Source: Fimbriosthenelais zetlandica (lineage: Eukaryota). From it: DNA of 64,000 nt. Below are positions 26,763-41,837 of the stretch, one piece after another. The stretch lies in NCBI GenBank assembly GCA_977030845.1, contig OZ365112.1:17918001-17982000 (forward strand), read 5' to 3'. The position numbers were made by a program, and so were the translations under genes. The notes below the pieces were generated by a model. That model searched no databases, was not told the origin of the DNA, and saw only the letters and a list, made by a program, of their open reading frames with translations. Each line of letters starts with the position of its first letter. Position 1 is the stretch's first letter.

Positions 26763-29389
26763 AAATTAGATCCAAGCTAAATCATTGTTTTCCTGTTCTA
26801 ATATCCTACCGGGATAGTGACTGATGAGGACTGTGGTGGTTTGACCATGATGGTCAATATTTTCTCCATGTTACGTAAAATGGACTAATGCATCCCCCTC
26901 CCCCTATCTCTTTTTTGGGGCTTGGATGTGATGAGGGTATTTGTTTTCTTGTACAAACATTCCCTTGTTTTGGCTGAAAGTTCCTTACATGCCCCTGATG
27001 TTAAGGGATCTGACATTGAAAAGGGGGACGGACATGAGTCATAGTGAGCAACTCTTAGGAAGGCTGTCTATAGTACCATACTAAGACGGGCTGCTCGCTC
27101 AGCATACTAGAATAGTAATGAAGGTGCTCTCGGGGTTTATATCCACTGATCTGCTCTGCCTTCATTTTTAATTTGATTCCAGGAGAAAGGGACGCAAAAT
27201 ACATCTCGTGTAATTGCTCTTCCAAGGCGGTGCATGGGTATACGCCATATAATAGATGGCTGAACATATACATGCAGTATTTCATCCTCATGTATGTTTA
27301 AACATGAGAAATACTAATTAAGTCACCAGGCTGTATGACAAATCGAGTCAAATCTGGCGTGTATTTGTTGCAGGATGTAGGCCTATGTGTGAACAGTACT
27401 ACATCTTTATACTATATATGGGATCATAGATCCATCCATATATATAGATACAGAAATGTAGACGTCATCCACTGAAGGCTACAATATAATACAGGTTCCC
27501 TGAGTACATTGATAACATTTTTTACTGCTTATTTTTGACAAGGTTATATATGTCAAATCTGCCACTGGAAAAGGCTGTATGGAGGCCCTTTGTCTGTTGG
27601 ATGAGATAACTGCAGCCCTACAGAAGGACCACCTTCTTTAGACTAATTGAATCAGGGGGACGGTTTCTTGGCAGCATCATGGATGCTTCTTGGGCATTAC
27701 AATAAAAAGTGAGGATGACTGTCTAGAACTGCTTTCTCTAGACTGTAGAATGCCCAACGAGAATGTCTGAAGCTTCTGGTTTTGAAGGGTTGAAAACCTG
27801 AATATGTCTTTCCGAGAAGAACGCAGTGGTATTCTTTGAATCTATATACAATGTAGGTGTGTGCACTGCCAGGAGCAGATACGTGCAGTTCTTCGTTAGA
27901 GTGTCTTGTTTCCAATATTTTTCATATCACGTCGCAGCCCACTAATATAAGAACGTCATGAATACCCTGTGTTTCGTCATCTGAGGCCCTGCCATTTTGG
28001 TGATTAGTGTCAGCAATAGACAGTAGTAGAATAGTTACTCCTACCTACACTACCTGACAGTTTCTGAGGTACCTCCCAGCTAAACTACCCTTGCCCTTTG
28101 ACCTTTCCATGCTTAACCAACTTTCCTGACCTAAGGATATGCTCAAAGCTCCCAAAATTCATTGCGTGAGGGCTGGGGCTTCGTTTTCTGCGGCGTTCTA
28201 CCCACTTCCGGTGGGTTTGCTTCCGATGTTATCTGTCAGCCACCAGGGGCTAACGTGGTGCAGTGATGAAATAGACCCAGGGGTAGGCTCTAGACGACTC
28301 GTTAACAGTCAACCCTGACAGCTCACGAGAAGTGACAGAGGATGCATGTTCCACAATTTTCAGCAGCTCTCAATGAGCATTGGTCTGAAGCTGCAATTAT
28401 CAGCCCTCTTCAGAATTATGTATCCCCTCTGATCAAACGGGGACCAATCCCGAGCACAATGCATAAAATACAAGCCTTTTCACTTAACAACCTCATAAAT
28501 GAATTTTATTCGCTGTAACGGTCCGGAAGATGAATTGTTACAAGAAGCATTCCCATGTTTACACGTTACAAGTGTTTATCTGAATAGGACCAGCAGCGTT
28601 GGATAATATTTCACCATTACCTCTCCTACAGTGAGACGACCTGCGTGTCTGGAGGGTATAGGCGCACCTGTTGGAGGGAGAAATGGATGCTTATAACCTC
28701 CCCAGGTTCATCTTAACTCTACCTTGGTGTCTGGAGCAGTTGGTCTAATAGAAGCTCTGCCCCAGCATGAAAGACATAAGTCTGCTTGATGAAAGTTATT
28801 TAGTCAAGGGCAAATTATTTGCCCATGATTCATTTGGTTCCTCCAATCAGAATAGCTATTTTTGACCATTGAGGATATATTATAACACGTCCATGTTCAT
28901 TCCTGGCCTTCAGCCTGAGAACCTGGCTTGTTTTGATCAGTATTAAGAGTTTTTGTTGCTATGACTATATAGTGAGTGGATCACGCACATGTGTGTGAGC
29001 CTGTTAAGAAGACTAGATGACAAGAAGCCATTAGAAGGGCGAAGCCTTGGTTTGTTCTCCAAGAAGCCACTGCCTTTATCCAGTACTGCACGGTGCCATG
29101 GAAGTGCATGTAGTTGAAATGGCTTCACTATATTTTGGATCTGCTAATTACAGCGAAGGAAAGGCCTGTCAACTATTCAAATATATATATGTAATATGGG
29201 ATGTGAGGTAAAGGGAGGATGGTATTCATGTGGGGATTTCAGTCATTCCATACCGACATTCTCCTATTTTCATTTGGAAGATCTGCGTAGGCAGTTGATG
29301 GATTGCTCTTCAAGGACTAATAAGACTAATGGTACTTCCATTATCCTGTTAGGAAAGAGTGGTGAAACTCGTGCAATCCCACGAGTAAT

Positions 29390-29900
29390 CTATGGGAAAA
29401 GCTGTTTTAATGAAATGGATTTTCCATTGGACGTTGCATCGCCTTTTTGATTTTCATTCATGCCGCCCAAATGGGACTTAATTTCTCCAATGCGGTATGG
29501 CTTTATTCCCTTCAAAAGACTGATGGTCTGGCAAGCACCACGAGTTTTGAAAAAAATTGTTTTGTTTGAGGGTAAAGTCCTGGACAAAATGAAATATTCA
29601 GTTGGATTTGTACGGGTCCCAGCAAACTCACTTTGTGAATACTTTATTTCCATTTGAGAGTCGTGATCGGTCAGATGTGTTCCTCTGCAATAGCTGTAAA
29701 GTGAATTACCATGCTGCAGTAAAGGCGGAATCAGCCAATGCCAGACCAAACAGCCCAAGGACAATCCTCTTTATAAATATTTTATCAATGGTTTTCGCCC
29801 TCGGGTTGAAGGTGTTACCTTTATTTATTTCTCCACCCATCTGTTCATTGAACAGACTAATGTCGTGGTCAATGGTGTTTACCTAGGTCTGGGTGGAATG
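29390..29900 (-). mobile_element. Possible heavily decayed LINE reverse-transcriptase relic
   Basis: Fragments KTIDKIFIKRIV and RTNPTEYFILSR...TRGACQTISLL loosely echo L1-clade RT motifs. The frames are broken and the spacing is imperfect. Confidence 0.2.
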
Positions 29901-30073
29901 TATTAAATCACATTTGGCCTACAAGTACGTGTGTATGTATATATATATAGGCTAAAGGCTGTACTTCAATATAAAAACTGTCAAATGGAAACCTGTGCAT
30001 GAGATTGCTGTTGTAAAGTAGACAAGCTCAAGACCCCCATAACGATTATCTTCCTTTCTGTCATGACCAAGGG

Positions 30074-30087
30074 GTTGCCATGACAAC
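30074..30087. promoter_or_regulatory. RFX X-box (GTTGCCATGACAAC)
   Basis: Matches the 14-bp X-box consensus GTHNYYATRRNAAC, 4.5 kb upstream of the nAChR start codon. Confidence 0.5.
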
Positions 30088-33000
30088 CATTATTCAAGAG
30101 CAAAGTGTGGGTGTGACGGTTGCAGGCAATGTGCCATTCAAATCAGTCACCCAGACTGAGTGCATTCCACGGACCTTATTCCTCACATGACTTCACTAAT
30201 CTCTCCTGCCCACTGATTGTCTTCAGAGGCAAATTAAATCCTCTAACTAGAATGTGAGCCCTGCTGTACTCTTCTAATAGGATGAAGGTATAGGAAGGTC
30301 AGATTAATTTGTCCTATCAGTCTAGACATTAGGAAGTCTCTGTTATTTCCACCTGACTGTTGTAATGTTCTGTTCAGTCCAGGAATATTATTATACTTGT
30401 ATTGGCAATAAAACAAAGGGCAATACAAACAATGGCTGATAGTTGAGAAATAGTATTCTAATTCCTCATGTGAATGTATTAGTATTAGATAAAGGGTACA
30501 ACTCTAGACTAGACTTTTAGTTTAGAGTTTTAGAGTCTCCTTTAAAAATCTATTGCCTATCGTAAAAGCCTCCTCCTTCTTGGGCTGCCTAAGGCCTCTC
30601 ATCCTTATTCAGGAATACTTTATTGGCCTTGCGATGATGAGAGATTTAGCCTGTCACCTTGGCAACCTGATTCCTGATCGGGTGTGCCTCTGTCTTTTAG
30701 CACAGATTGACCCAGGGAAGGACAGGCGTGGCCGGCGAGTGAGGCTGTTAACCCTTCACGAACAGCCACCAATCGATGGCCAAGTATTGATCTTTGTGAA
30801 GCGTTTTCTTTTAATAGACCACTCCTATTTTTATTCAAGACATAAGCCATGTCATTTCACGGCTCGGTCTATTTTAATTTTTATATTCAAAAGGAAGCAC
30901 TTGTCTTTCTCAGCAATGTCATTTTATTGACCTTGCTTTTTGTCTGATCTTCCAATATGAAAGCTTATTATCTCTTGCCAATGTAGCTTCCCTTTCAAGT
31001 TTGTGGATCTAACGAATATTCAAGCTGCTTCCGAATGTTTTGATGGCACGATATACACTATTTAAGGCCTTGGAATTCGATCGCCGCCACGTGGTCTTGG
31101 CCTTCTCTTTTTAATTTGTCATATAATTCACCATCATGTCGGTGGTCGCGGACATCAAAGGCATCCTTTGATGTGCCGTCTTACTTTGTGTCCTCCTGCC
31201 ACTTATAGAAGTGAAGGTACAACAAGATGGAAGGCTAGTCATCTACAGTATGTCCACGGACCTCTTGTCTGCCATTTCTCATCCGTATGGATGAAATATG
31301 AAAAATGAGGTCTAATCTTATAGCCTATACATTTTGTGATTTTACTTCAATTCCAGGAAACTTGCCTGCAGTGATAGCATCTTTTGTATTCCACACACGA
31401 ATCACTATATCTTTCTGTTCTGACCTTGACCAAGCTCCATTCAACTTGACACTAACTTCTCGCTGTCATCCATTCTCATCGCATCACAGAACTTCACACT
31501 GGGTGAGCCACGTGAATAATGCGGGAGACCAATTGAAACGTAGAGTTAGAGAGATGGATCAGTTGGAGGTCAGATTGCCCTGCCCCTGATCCCAGGCTTG
31601 ACGGATGCCCATAGATCACCATACTAATAATAGAGGGCCTCAGGAAGAAAGTCATCTGCTCGCAAACACATGGATATATTTCATACGGCCACCAGAGAAG
31701 GCACACTGCCTCATAAGTGTCGCCAGCTCGTCCTGTTTGCTAGATCCATTTCTATTCTGTTAGATGGCTACTAACAGTTTTATCTGTATGTATACCGGTA
31801 AAAAAAGTATTCCCATTAATTCCTTCTCATATATCAAAATTACTCTTGGCCCGAAAGGATCAGTTTGTCTCAGAGTGGATCAATGAATGATTCTGAGCAT
31901 CCTAGGTCAATGTATCCTCATAAAGGTCCCATGTCTTCTATCCCCATTACGGATAACCTCATTCTGTCTAATTGCATTCTGATATATGATTATGTACCTC
32001 AGCGATTATAATACCTTAGATTACCTTTGCTGTCCAAATATACCGTTATCTGCTTTCAATATCCTATGTCTACATAGAATATAATACGCCTAGTGATACG
32101 GTCTCGCCGTTGTAAAGAGTTGGAAATGTGATATATTCCTAGCTGGGATCGTCCCTGTATACGGTTGGGCTATTTACCAGAGTTCAATTACAAGGACTTT
32201 CTCCTTGTATCCTTTGAGTGCAGTACCAACCAGAATACAATAGTCTTTCTAGGTTCTAAGAGCAGCTTTTATACGTGCCTCCACCCTCTTTCACCTAATC
32301 TGGCAATCCATCTCTACAATACTTAATCACTCTGACTATTGCCTCTTAAAGCCCCTGTGCTGGCTGTGCCCCCGTTCTCTAAGTAGTATACAGAAATAGG
32401 AGATAAAATCAGGAAGATAATGAACGCTGCTTAGCTTAAAACTTTTACCCTCCGCTATGGCTTTGGCAACTTCTACGAATCAGATTGAAAACAACGTATC
32501 AGGTCGAAAATATTAAATTACTTCTGTGTATTTCCACCCACATTGATGTCGTATACTTCTATAATTGATTAATATCAGACGATCAGATTTAGTAAACATG
32601 GCTTCTCATAGAGGAAAGGACAGATCAAAGTTATCTAACTAATCAGATGGATTTCTATGTATGGCAATGTCAAAAGAGGCAGGTAGGTTATTTTTGGTGC
32701 TTAGGATTCAGCACTTCGCCTGATGTGCAGACATCAATTTTTGCTCCCTGGGTACTGGACCTGCAGGCCTCTGGACACGCGATGCTGTCTAACGGACCTT
32801 CATTCACTATGCCCATGCACTGTCTCATTTATTTAAAGCCACAAGAAATATTTGCCGCATTTAAGTGTTAACTCGTGTCACTGTTCAACAAAATGTTTTG
32901 CCATGAATTCACCTGGAATATTCCCATTGTTGTTTCACCGTATACTGTACTGTGATATCCCTGTCAGTACAAGGAGTCCCTGTATAATGAAAGGAAGGCC

Positions 33001-36000
33001 TCCCACTGACTTTGCATTAAGGCTCGTGCCACTACCCTCGTGAATGTGTTCCCGGGGTATCCTGTTTATATCTCCTGGGTTTTCACAAGGATCATTTGTA
33101 TATATAACAGTTCCATACTTGAATAAGATCAAAAATAGTGGATCCAGACCTTGCGGTGTACGACCACAAGCCACAGTCTGCCCAATGGGGAATCACAGCT
33201 CCTGTCAATGTTTGTTGAGGAGCTCAGGGCTGTGTAATATAGAAAGTCTAATCTAGAACTCTAGCTGAGTTAGCTCCTCTATGCCATCAAATTGAAAATA
33301 GATCTTTCAATATGCTTATAGAAATGTGAGGGAATGAGGGAATTCCCACATTAGGAAAAAATCAAATAGGCCTGTCTGGGAGAATTATATTTGGAGTGGA
33401 AAGAAAATCTATTAGATGATTAGTGACTGAAGGTTTGACTTATCTCGGATTCTGTCTCCCTCTAAACCTTGATCAGTGGTGTTTTTCTGAGCTGGTAACG
33501 AGCCCTCGTAGAGCCTGACTCTCACTGTCACTGTTAAATCATCTAGAGTGATTGATGCCCCATGCTGCAGAGCTACTTCGGGCCATTTTAAAACACACTT
33601 AAAAAGCCTGATAGGTTTATAATATTTTTCTATGCAGCTCTCTTGCAATGAGATGCTCCACAGATGGTAACCTGGGATGATGCATTTCGTAAGCATTTAT
33701 ATCGCATGTTTATCTAAAATAGTTAGTGGGCAGAGATCGGTGGAAATCTCAGGGGCCTCAGTTTTCTTTAATCCAGCAAAACAATATCTATGATATGGGA
33801 AGAACTGGGAGTGATACCATGTTAACATTGAGGAATGAAGGCCATCATTCCCATGTTTCATCAGCATACGTCCACTTACCATTAAAATTGCACAAGCCAT
33901 GAAAAAGTGGCCTTTGAAGGACTGGTTCACCCTGCATATTCATTTAGGTATACATTGTATAACAAAGTGGACTGGATTAGGTAGTATAGATTTAATGTCG
34001 GCATTAAAAGCGGCCCATGATAATGATATATACCGTCCTGATGACCAGGTTTTTATAGTGGGTGGTTTACATTAACATTTAGACTGCACCACTATTATAT
34101 CCACCTGGCTTTGATGGATTCTACTGTATGTCACAGACATTGTTCAGAAAAAAATATATCCTGCACAAAGTATGTACTGAAATTCTGATAAATGAATGGG
34201 TAAAGACAGAGTCCTTTATGTGGAGTGTTTACCATAATTATTTAATCAGATGGCCTCGGAAATTGAAAAGGTATCGGATATCTTGATATTAAAATGAAGT
34301 GAATATGTCAGGATACTATTTTCATTCCCCGTCAGTCACGTCATTTATTCATTGCTTCAGGAAATCCATCCATCGTATTCTTCGTGACATTTAATAAGTT
34401 ACTTTAGGCTTCGTGAAGTTGGAAAGACTGTGAATCTGAACCAGCATGTTATTCTACAGCATACATGTGCTACATATCTTAAATGCTCCAAAATGTGTGT
34501 GCTTTTTACATACGATGGCTGTCAGGCAAAGAACAGATTTCAGTACCGCTTTCAATGAAAAAGTCCAGAGCAGCTTGTTGGAGATTGAACCTTGAACCCT
34601 GCCTTTTTCAATGGTTGCGGATTAGTATCTGGGCTGGGGATGGAGTGATGAAGATCAGCCCTATTTCTTAGCCTGATGGAGATTCGATCTGTGTTTATGA
34701 TCGATCATACATTGGTAATCTTCCCATCATCCTTATCATCAGTGGCCAGAACCCTAAAGGGGACTTTCTTGAGGTTAGTTCTCCACACATCCATCACCCC
34801 TGGGCACGCAACGAACAGCAATTGAAACCCCCCTGGTAGACTAAGCCATGCTGAATGATACATGCAGCACACTTTCACTTTGAGAATTTATCATCTCTTC
34901 ATAATTCATTCTCTTTATAATGCTCTTAGGCTAATGAATGCACACATGTGTACCAGGTCAGAGATGATGTTAGCAAGCTTATCATTATGCTTCCGCTCCA
35001 CCACCGCATCCCGCCTACTACTGATGGATGCCCATCTGCACTGTGGCAAAAAGCATTATATACGAGGCAAAAAAGATGGCGATAACATTTCTGATATGAA
35101 ATCCGCTGGATGAAGCCATAAGTCCTCCCCTTCACTGGCCATGGGGGCTGTCACCGCCCTAACTTCCTTCCGGCTATGTGCTTTGAAATTTGAGATAAGG
35201 GAACTATCTTGAAAATACGTCTCTTTGGTTGAGGCAGAAAAACTTGTGTGTTTAGGGTGGAGTGCGAGGTAGATGTGGATCGGTCGAAAGGAGGAAATGG
35301 TACACCGAGGCATGTCATTTCTGGTTTGGAATAACTAGAATGGGAGAGATGCTATCGGAAGTAACGTATACCCACGGGGAACGACTATTTACCAGGCCTC
35401 TCACAGTGAGATTGTGGAATGCCACAAGGAAGGGTAATGATAATATGCACACAACCATCTTATATGCCATCTTATATCCCATCTTACATGCATTTATGCT
35501 TTAATCTACATATAATTATTTAACTTTATAGACTTATTCCTGAACACACTCTTCAAGTTGAGTTATTCAGTGTTATAGATTGATAAAAGGTTCTAGCCCA
35601 TAATTTTAAAATGCCTTGGAAAAAGATAGCGTTCTATTTGTGCTTCCATTTCATGGAGCGAAAATCTATTTCTTTTACAAGCCCGAGTCTTACTTTGGTA
35701 GAATGTAAGACAATATACACTTGAGGTGCATAATATATTCTTTTTTTGCCTGTCTTATCTTGGCAGGAAGCGATGGGAGGGGGTGATTTCATGGGGTTAA
35801 GCACTGTGTAGTTAATATTCCTAGTGTAGGATTTCCCTGACATTGCCTCGTGCTTATCTCTACATAGAGATTGGAAACAACTCTCAGATTAGAAGATCGG
35901 AACGGATATATCTTACTTGAGGGCCCGTACCGAACCGTAGGTATCCAAAGAGCTGTATAATGGCTCCTGTGGCTCGTGAAGCATTCCTACCCGGTATTCT

Positions 36001-36952
36001 CCTATCATCCTAAACTTCCTATATCTCAGATAGAGGTGACAATGATCAATGAACATGCTTCAATTGAATACATACATACATGCTTCAATTGAATTCCATA
36101 CTCTAAGAATAGCAGGGAGACACTGAAGTCCGAGTCTAATCCACTATGATTGCCTCGACATCCAATCACCCCAATCAAAGTCAGTCGCGCTTCAATGATT
36201 TCCTTCCAAACTCGGAGCTCAGCCTACCTGTGTTATACTCTATAGTCCTGAGGCTTGACCACCAAGGCAGCAGAGGCTCCTCACGATATTTATTTATCAC
36301 GGAATTACATACCTTCTAAGCCGGGCCCAACGGATTTTATCCTATCAACTCGGGAGGTCATAAGGAGTTTTATCACATTCAAACTGGACTGCGGCCTTCG
36401 CAGTTCAGTTGTTATGGTGTAAAAAGTGAGCGACAATACAGGCAAACACTGGCCAGAGTGTATCAATCATATATATCAATTCCTTCCCCACCATTCAGTA
36501 CTACACCAAAGTCAGCAACAAGTTGAGTCTCAGATGACGGCCATATTGGACATTGGGAAGCCTCTATAGATAATCTTACTTCTGCCATATACCTTCCTTC
36601 CATGGAGCAGACAGCTTCAATCGGAGAACGCTGTTTTTCTTCAAGAATTCCCAGACATTTGAATGGCATGATAGAATGCTTTCCACCCCACATTCACGTT
36701 CTTGAAATGTGAATAACAGCATCAGTATGGGTGAGTAAGTCTCCATGATCTTTTCCTTGAGAATTTCAAAGAAATAATTCGTCAAAAAGTTGTTATATGC
36801 TTGTTTATTTAAAGTATTACATAAAACCACATATATTATGGACATAAGAGTCTGATGGATATTTTTAATATGTTTTTTGTTATAAGTTTCCTGACCTGGA
36901 AGCTCTATAGAATTGTTGATATCTATTTTACAGTGTTAGACAGCCTTTCAGG

Positions 36953-37140
36953 TTAAGTACCAAGAATGTTATCTGGGTGGGTGCAGGTGTTCGCTGGATG
37001 CTCCCTGGGGCATTCTCTTCCTCATAAAGACCCATGTTATACCAAGACAACATTTCAGGCTTACACTGTCAGCTGGCCTACAGGCAGGGCATATCTTATT
37101 GTACGTGTTCTGTGTTTATGTACCCAGCAATGACACAGGT
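36953..37140 (+). mobile_element. Possible decayed LINE APE-endonuclease fragment
   Basis: Open 62-codon frame ...WGILFLIKTHVI...GHILLYVFCVYVPSNDT resembles the GVxILI...xNxYxPN pattern of APE domains; there is no intact ORF. Confidence 0.3.
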
Positions 37141-40100
37141 TGATCTTCTGCCCTTACACCACCTGGTACTCTAGCTATTTTACCTAGAAGCTATATGGCA
37201 TGCCATATGTTTATAGAAATGGAATATATATGCCTTTCGTGATCAGTCTTTGAAAAGGTGCAGTCCATTAACATCGAATATGTTGTCAAAGAATGAAGAA
37301 TAGTTCCATTTTTAGTGCTCACAAACCTGCATTGACCATAAGATCTTTGTCATATTGATTTGAGCAACTTTGAAATTGCCATTTATTCTTAATGTCCTCT
37401 CTGTTGATACATGTAAGCTTTTGTGACACGGCGTATTGGATATATTCATCCGGACTATGGTATATGCAATGATTTTATGGACAAAATGAACATGTTGAGA
37501 TGTTTGAGAAGAGTCGTTAGTGAGAGTTCCTGTCTTTTTTATGGAGCAAATCCTCGAGTAACTCACTTCTCTCTTCCCACCTCCGGAGGTGCTGATGTGT
37601 GAAGTATTTTTGAGATAGTACCCCATGCAGTTACACTTGTACGTTCACCCTTTTTACACAGCTTCCCTCCCCATGTGTCTGTCATTCTGAAGTTCAACAC
37701 ATATATTCAAGATGGATGTAGAAACAGTGTTACTAACTGTCATCCATGCTCTTGACAGGTATAGAATGATTTGGTCCTGAAGTTTTTTTGACAGCATCGT
37801 ACTCTACTCTCAGACAAGCATTGTTAGGTAAAGGCGAGCCCGTATACCTTATTTCACGGCTAAGGTATTGAGTCTAACGAGCAAAGCTAGGATGGAAATT
37901 GCCGTCTTATGACAACGATGCTAGGCGTAAGAAAGCCTAATCACCCAAGATGAGCCAGATCTGATAAGGATGCTGTGGAAATTGCCAGCTGGTAAATAGC
38001 CTATCTGTGTGTATCAACATCGAGTATATTACATCAAGAGCATACTGCTCATCACGAACTCAGTTATCACCCAGATAGGCATCCCGTTCATCTTGTAGGC
38101 ATCCCGTCACTTTCTGCTGTTATAATTATTGCCTTGAGGATCACTGCTCTGTGAATTGTAATCACATTCACTCTATCTTGCAATATGGCCTCAGTAAAAT
38201 ATAGTTGCAGCTTTTGAGTCATACACAAATGAGGAAATATTTTCAAATCTTGTTGTCAATATGGGCTTAGAGTCATTTTGCATGTGAACAATCGTCAATA
38301 TTTTCAGCCAAGTCAGCGTATCCTACACCTCCGTGATGTGAATTCATTTAACAGCACTGATATTGCACAGTGGTAATTTGCCTGGGAATATGAGGGTGCA
38401 TTGACTCCAGGGAGGATTCCTCTGTAGTTTGGTTACTACGGCAACGAAAGCTCTGATACCACACCTGCCTGAGGGATAAAAGCTCGGCATCAAGAGGCAA
38501 ATCCTCTCTTGGCTTAGGCTGTGGGAGAAGCTTTGGGGATAAATGAGGCCACTATAAGATAAATCCCTTGATAGTAAACAAAATGAAAAAAAAATATATT
38601 GAGAAAATCATAAGATTTTCTCAGTAGTAGAATTGACAGTGTCTGAAGTAGAGATTGAGTGTGGCTGGTCGGTGTGCGGGCTCGTGGGTAAAGTATATTG
38701 GCCACATCTAGAGTTAGACTCCTTAGGGAAACTGGTTCTATTCAGTCTGGTACGCCACAGGGCTTAAGGCTATAGAAACACATCTCGTGATAGAATATGT
38801 TGGTATCGAATTTTGAAATTCCCAGCCCTAACCCAATGAGATTGAATGAATGATTCTGTGAACACATGAGCCATGAGCAACGGACTTATCAGCGCTAAAG
38901 AAGACGCTGTGACGTTTTGGAGCCATTCAGATCCGATTGGATCGCTCTGCAAATCCAATTTGAAGAATAGCACCTGGCCCTGCACTGCCTGAACCCTTTA
39001 ACACCATTACGACATGAATGATTTACCCGGCACTCAGCATGTAGAAATTGCAGAACAAATTTCAGTGGGCATGCCTTGGACTCATTAAAGGCCAATAGAC
39101 CTCCTCTCCAAGCTAGCGAGTGGTGATTGGCATATAGGGAGTAGGCAAGATGAAATATTGTAAATTACAGATGATCTCTAAGCATGAGGACATCACCTGC
39201 TCTCATCTAATGTCTCCAGGTGCTCATGAAGCTCCTTGAATGGAGGTCGTCGCCATGGTCACCAGGCCTGTTGGCAGCATATTGCCTGCCCTCCCTGCTG
39301 CTACATGTATTTACTAATACTGGAGTCAACGCAATACATGTCTGGAGAAATATATTGAAAGGTGGTGCAAGGGAAAGGCAGAGTTATTGCTGGAATTTAC
39401 GATCTTGATAGATCATTGCTTATGAAACAATGTACAGGTCAGCATGCAGATAATCTATGACAGATGTTTCAGCTTAAATATCGAAACGTACATGTAATGC
39501 ATTTTGAGTTAGAAGACATATTGTAAATTGATTGGATGATTTGATTTCAAAAAGGGTAAAAGTTATTAGTAAAAGAAATTAGTATTAAACTTATGGTGCA
39601 TATAACCAGTATTGTGAAATGCAGGGTTAGAGGCAATCTTCAATCTTCTTGGAGATCTATATTCCTAGATCTATTTCCTCCCAGACAATGACTACCCAGA
39701 ATGTGTATGGGATTTTTATATCTAGGGAAAACCTGCTCGCCATATGGGCTTCCTGGATTTCCAATGGCCAACCATTGACCTAGAAGCTCATGAGTGAGTG
39801 GGGCTCCCCCACCCCAATATTTTGAGAAACAGCAATTGCGTAAAACAACTTTACTCGGGTTGCTACTCTAGGGTTTCAATCAACATAATATTTAATCTTT
39901 ACTTTCTTCCTTTACTTTCCTTACTTAATGTACTCAACATTAAACTCGGCCAGACACTTTGTCATATGGTCGATTTTCTTCGTCGGGTGTTTAGAAGCAT
40001 GAATACCATGGTCATATTCACACAATTGTTTTCTGTTTTGATAGGTTAATGTATTATACATGCGTATCGCTTCGGTGTGGTATGTATTCTGTTTGGATGA

Positions 40101-41837
40101 AGGGAGAGGCATAACTGCTATCTATGTTTCAGACTGGAAAAGGACTTATTGTTATGGACCACAATGGAAGTCCTCATTCAATTAAGTCCCTCCCCTGCTT
40201 CGTGCGTCCACCGTCATAATAGGTGTTAATGGGCTCCAACTCAGATGGGAAACTGTCAAATCCCTCCTCCTTCTCACTCAATTATTAACAGCAGGGCATT
40301 CTGCTGTCTAACGTTTTTTGGTAGTTGGCTGCAAGTGGAAGTAATTTAAATCTATTCCGTCTTGTGCCTGGACCAATTTTACATCAGATGCAGGACAGAA
40401 ATATGGCTTTTAGTATCTGTGACAAGACGAATTAAGTAAAATATCGATTGGATTTGCTATTATGAGCCATTCCCCATTCCTCATCACCACGAAACCTATT
40501 TATAATGTTAAATATATCACGGTAGAATTTTATATTCGATGGGATGCCAATGGGTGTCCCACTTAAGCATATTTAAAGGCAATAAATCTGTGACTTGCTG
40601 TGTCGTTTTATGGACATTAAATCAGACTAAGCCTGGCTGGCCATTGACATTTATTTGTTTGTTCTATGCAATGGGTGCTTTGTTCTCAGTCCCAGAAATT
40701 CAGCCTGCACATGCAAAACGTTCTAATTTACAGCCATATTATAATTAGTATGATTTTAGGATGCTATATAAGGTCCTTTATCAAACTGATAAACTGTTGT
40801 ATTTTCTGGAAACGGGTGGAGGGCAGTTTATGTCTAACTTACCTGTTGGGAGTTGACAGACTAGTGTATCTACGGTGAAGTGAGTATATGGGATAGTTTT
40901 TGCTATAGCCAATCCCACAGGTGTCTGTATCCACCCGCTTGTTTCATCCCAGGTAGTCAGGATGGCTCATGCAGAGTTTCCTTTTTTCATGTTGGGGATT
41001 AGCTTGGTCTCTCTTGGTTGATGCATTCAGTATTTTGCTGAATGACACCTGGATGAAGGATATACATGTATGCCTTTTTCACAGAACTCTCAGCACTCCA
41101 GAGTTATCAACACTGATGGCACCATTCCTTTACTCCATGCTATATAACGTAGAACTTCTCTGGTGGTCCATATTCTTATCTCCTCCTTACATACATAGGC
41201 CACTATGATTCACCGGAGCCATATTTGATGGCCTCCATTACCTCGTTACTATCAAAGGTTTTTCAATAAGTCAGATCCTAGAAAGGTTTAATGAAGCCCG
41301 TGTATAATAGAATTTCCCTCTTAAGTTAGACTAGATGTCTTGTCAAGAACCGATTATATAGTTTTTTTACCCGGCCGAATTGTATTGCGTTATTTCTAAA
41401 TCATTTCGACTTGTAGCCCGAGGCCTAAGTGATCGAGGATATTGATAGACTGGAATGGTTAGGTTCCACTGATTCCTTGTCATTGCCTGACCTTTACATA
41501 CCTCTGCGTGTCTTATGTGTTCATAGATGAATATCCATTTGATGATAACTTCTCCACTTGTCTTCCTTCAAAGAGTCCGTCATCCTTGTAGGCCACTGTT
41601 TTACAACCTCCAAACCTGATGGTACTAGTTTTTCCTTGAATGAAGGTGAGAGGTCAAAGGTTCCTAGCCATCAAACTTGATTGTTGTCCACGCTGCCTCC
41701 AGGTTAAAAATCCCAGCCAGCAATCAGCAAATGAGACAGGAAAGATAAGAAAATCTATGTAACTGGTTGATTGTGATGTGTGTGAAAGGCAATGAGAACG
41801 GAGAAAATGTGGCCAGAGCAGCACAGCGGCCGCCTTC

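Noticed and set aside
32647-32682. 36-nt plus-strand exon-like segment (ctaactaatcag|ATG...CAG|gtaggt), and a 52-nt minus-strand one at about 33879-33930
   Set aside because: Good splice sites, but no partner exons could be chained; cannot be supported as genes.
36053-36094. 17-bp direct repeat acatgcttcaattgaat around a TACA tract; similar short duplications near 46420-46450 and 51757-51808
   Set aside because: Ordinary local slippage or tandem duplication; no element between the copies.
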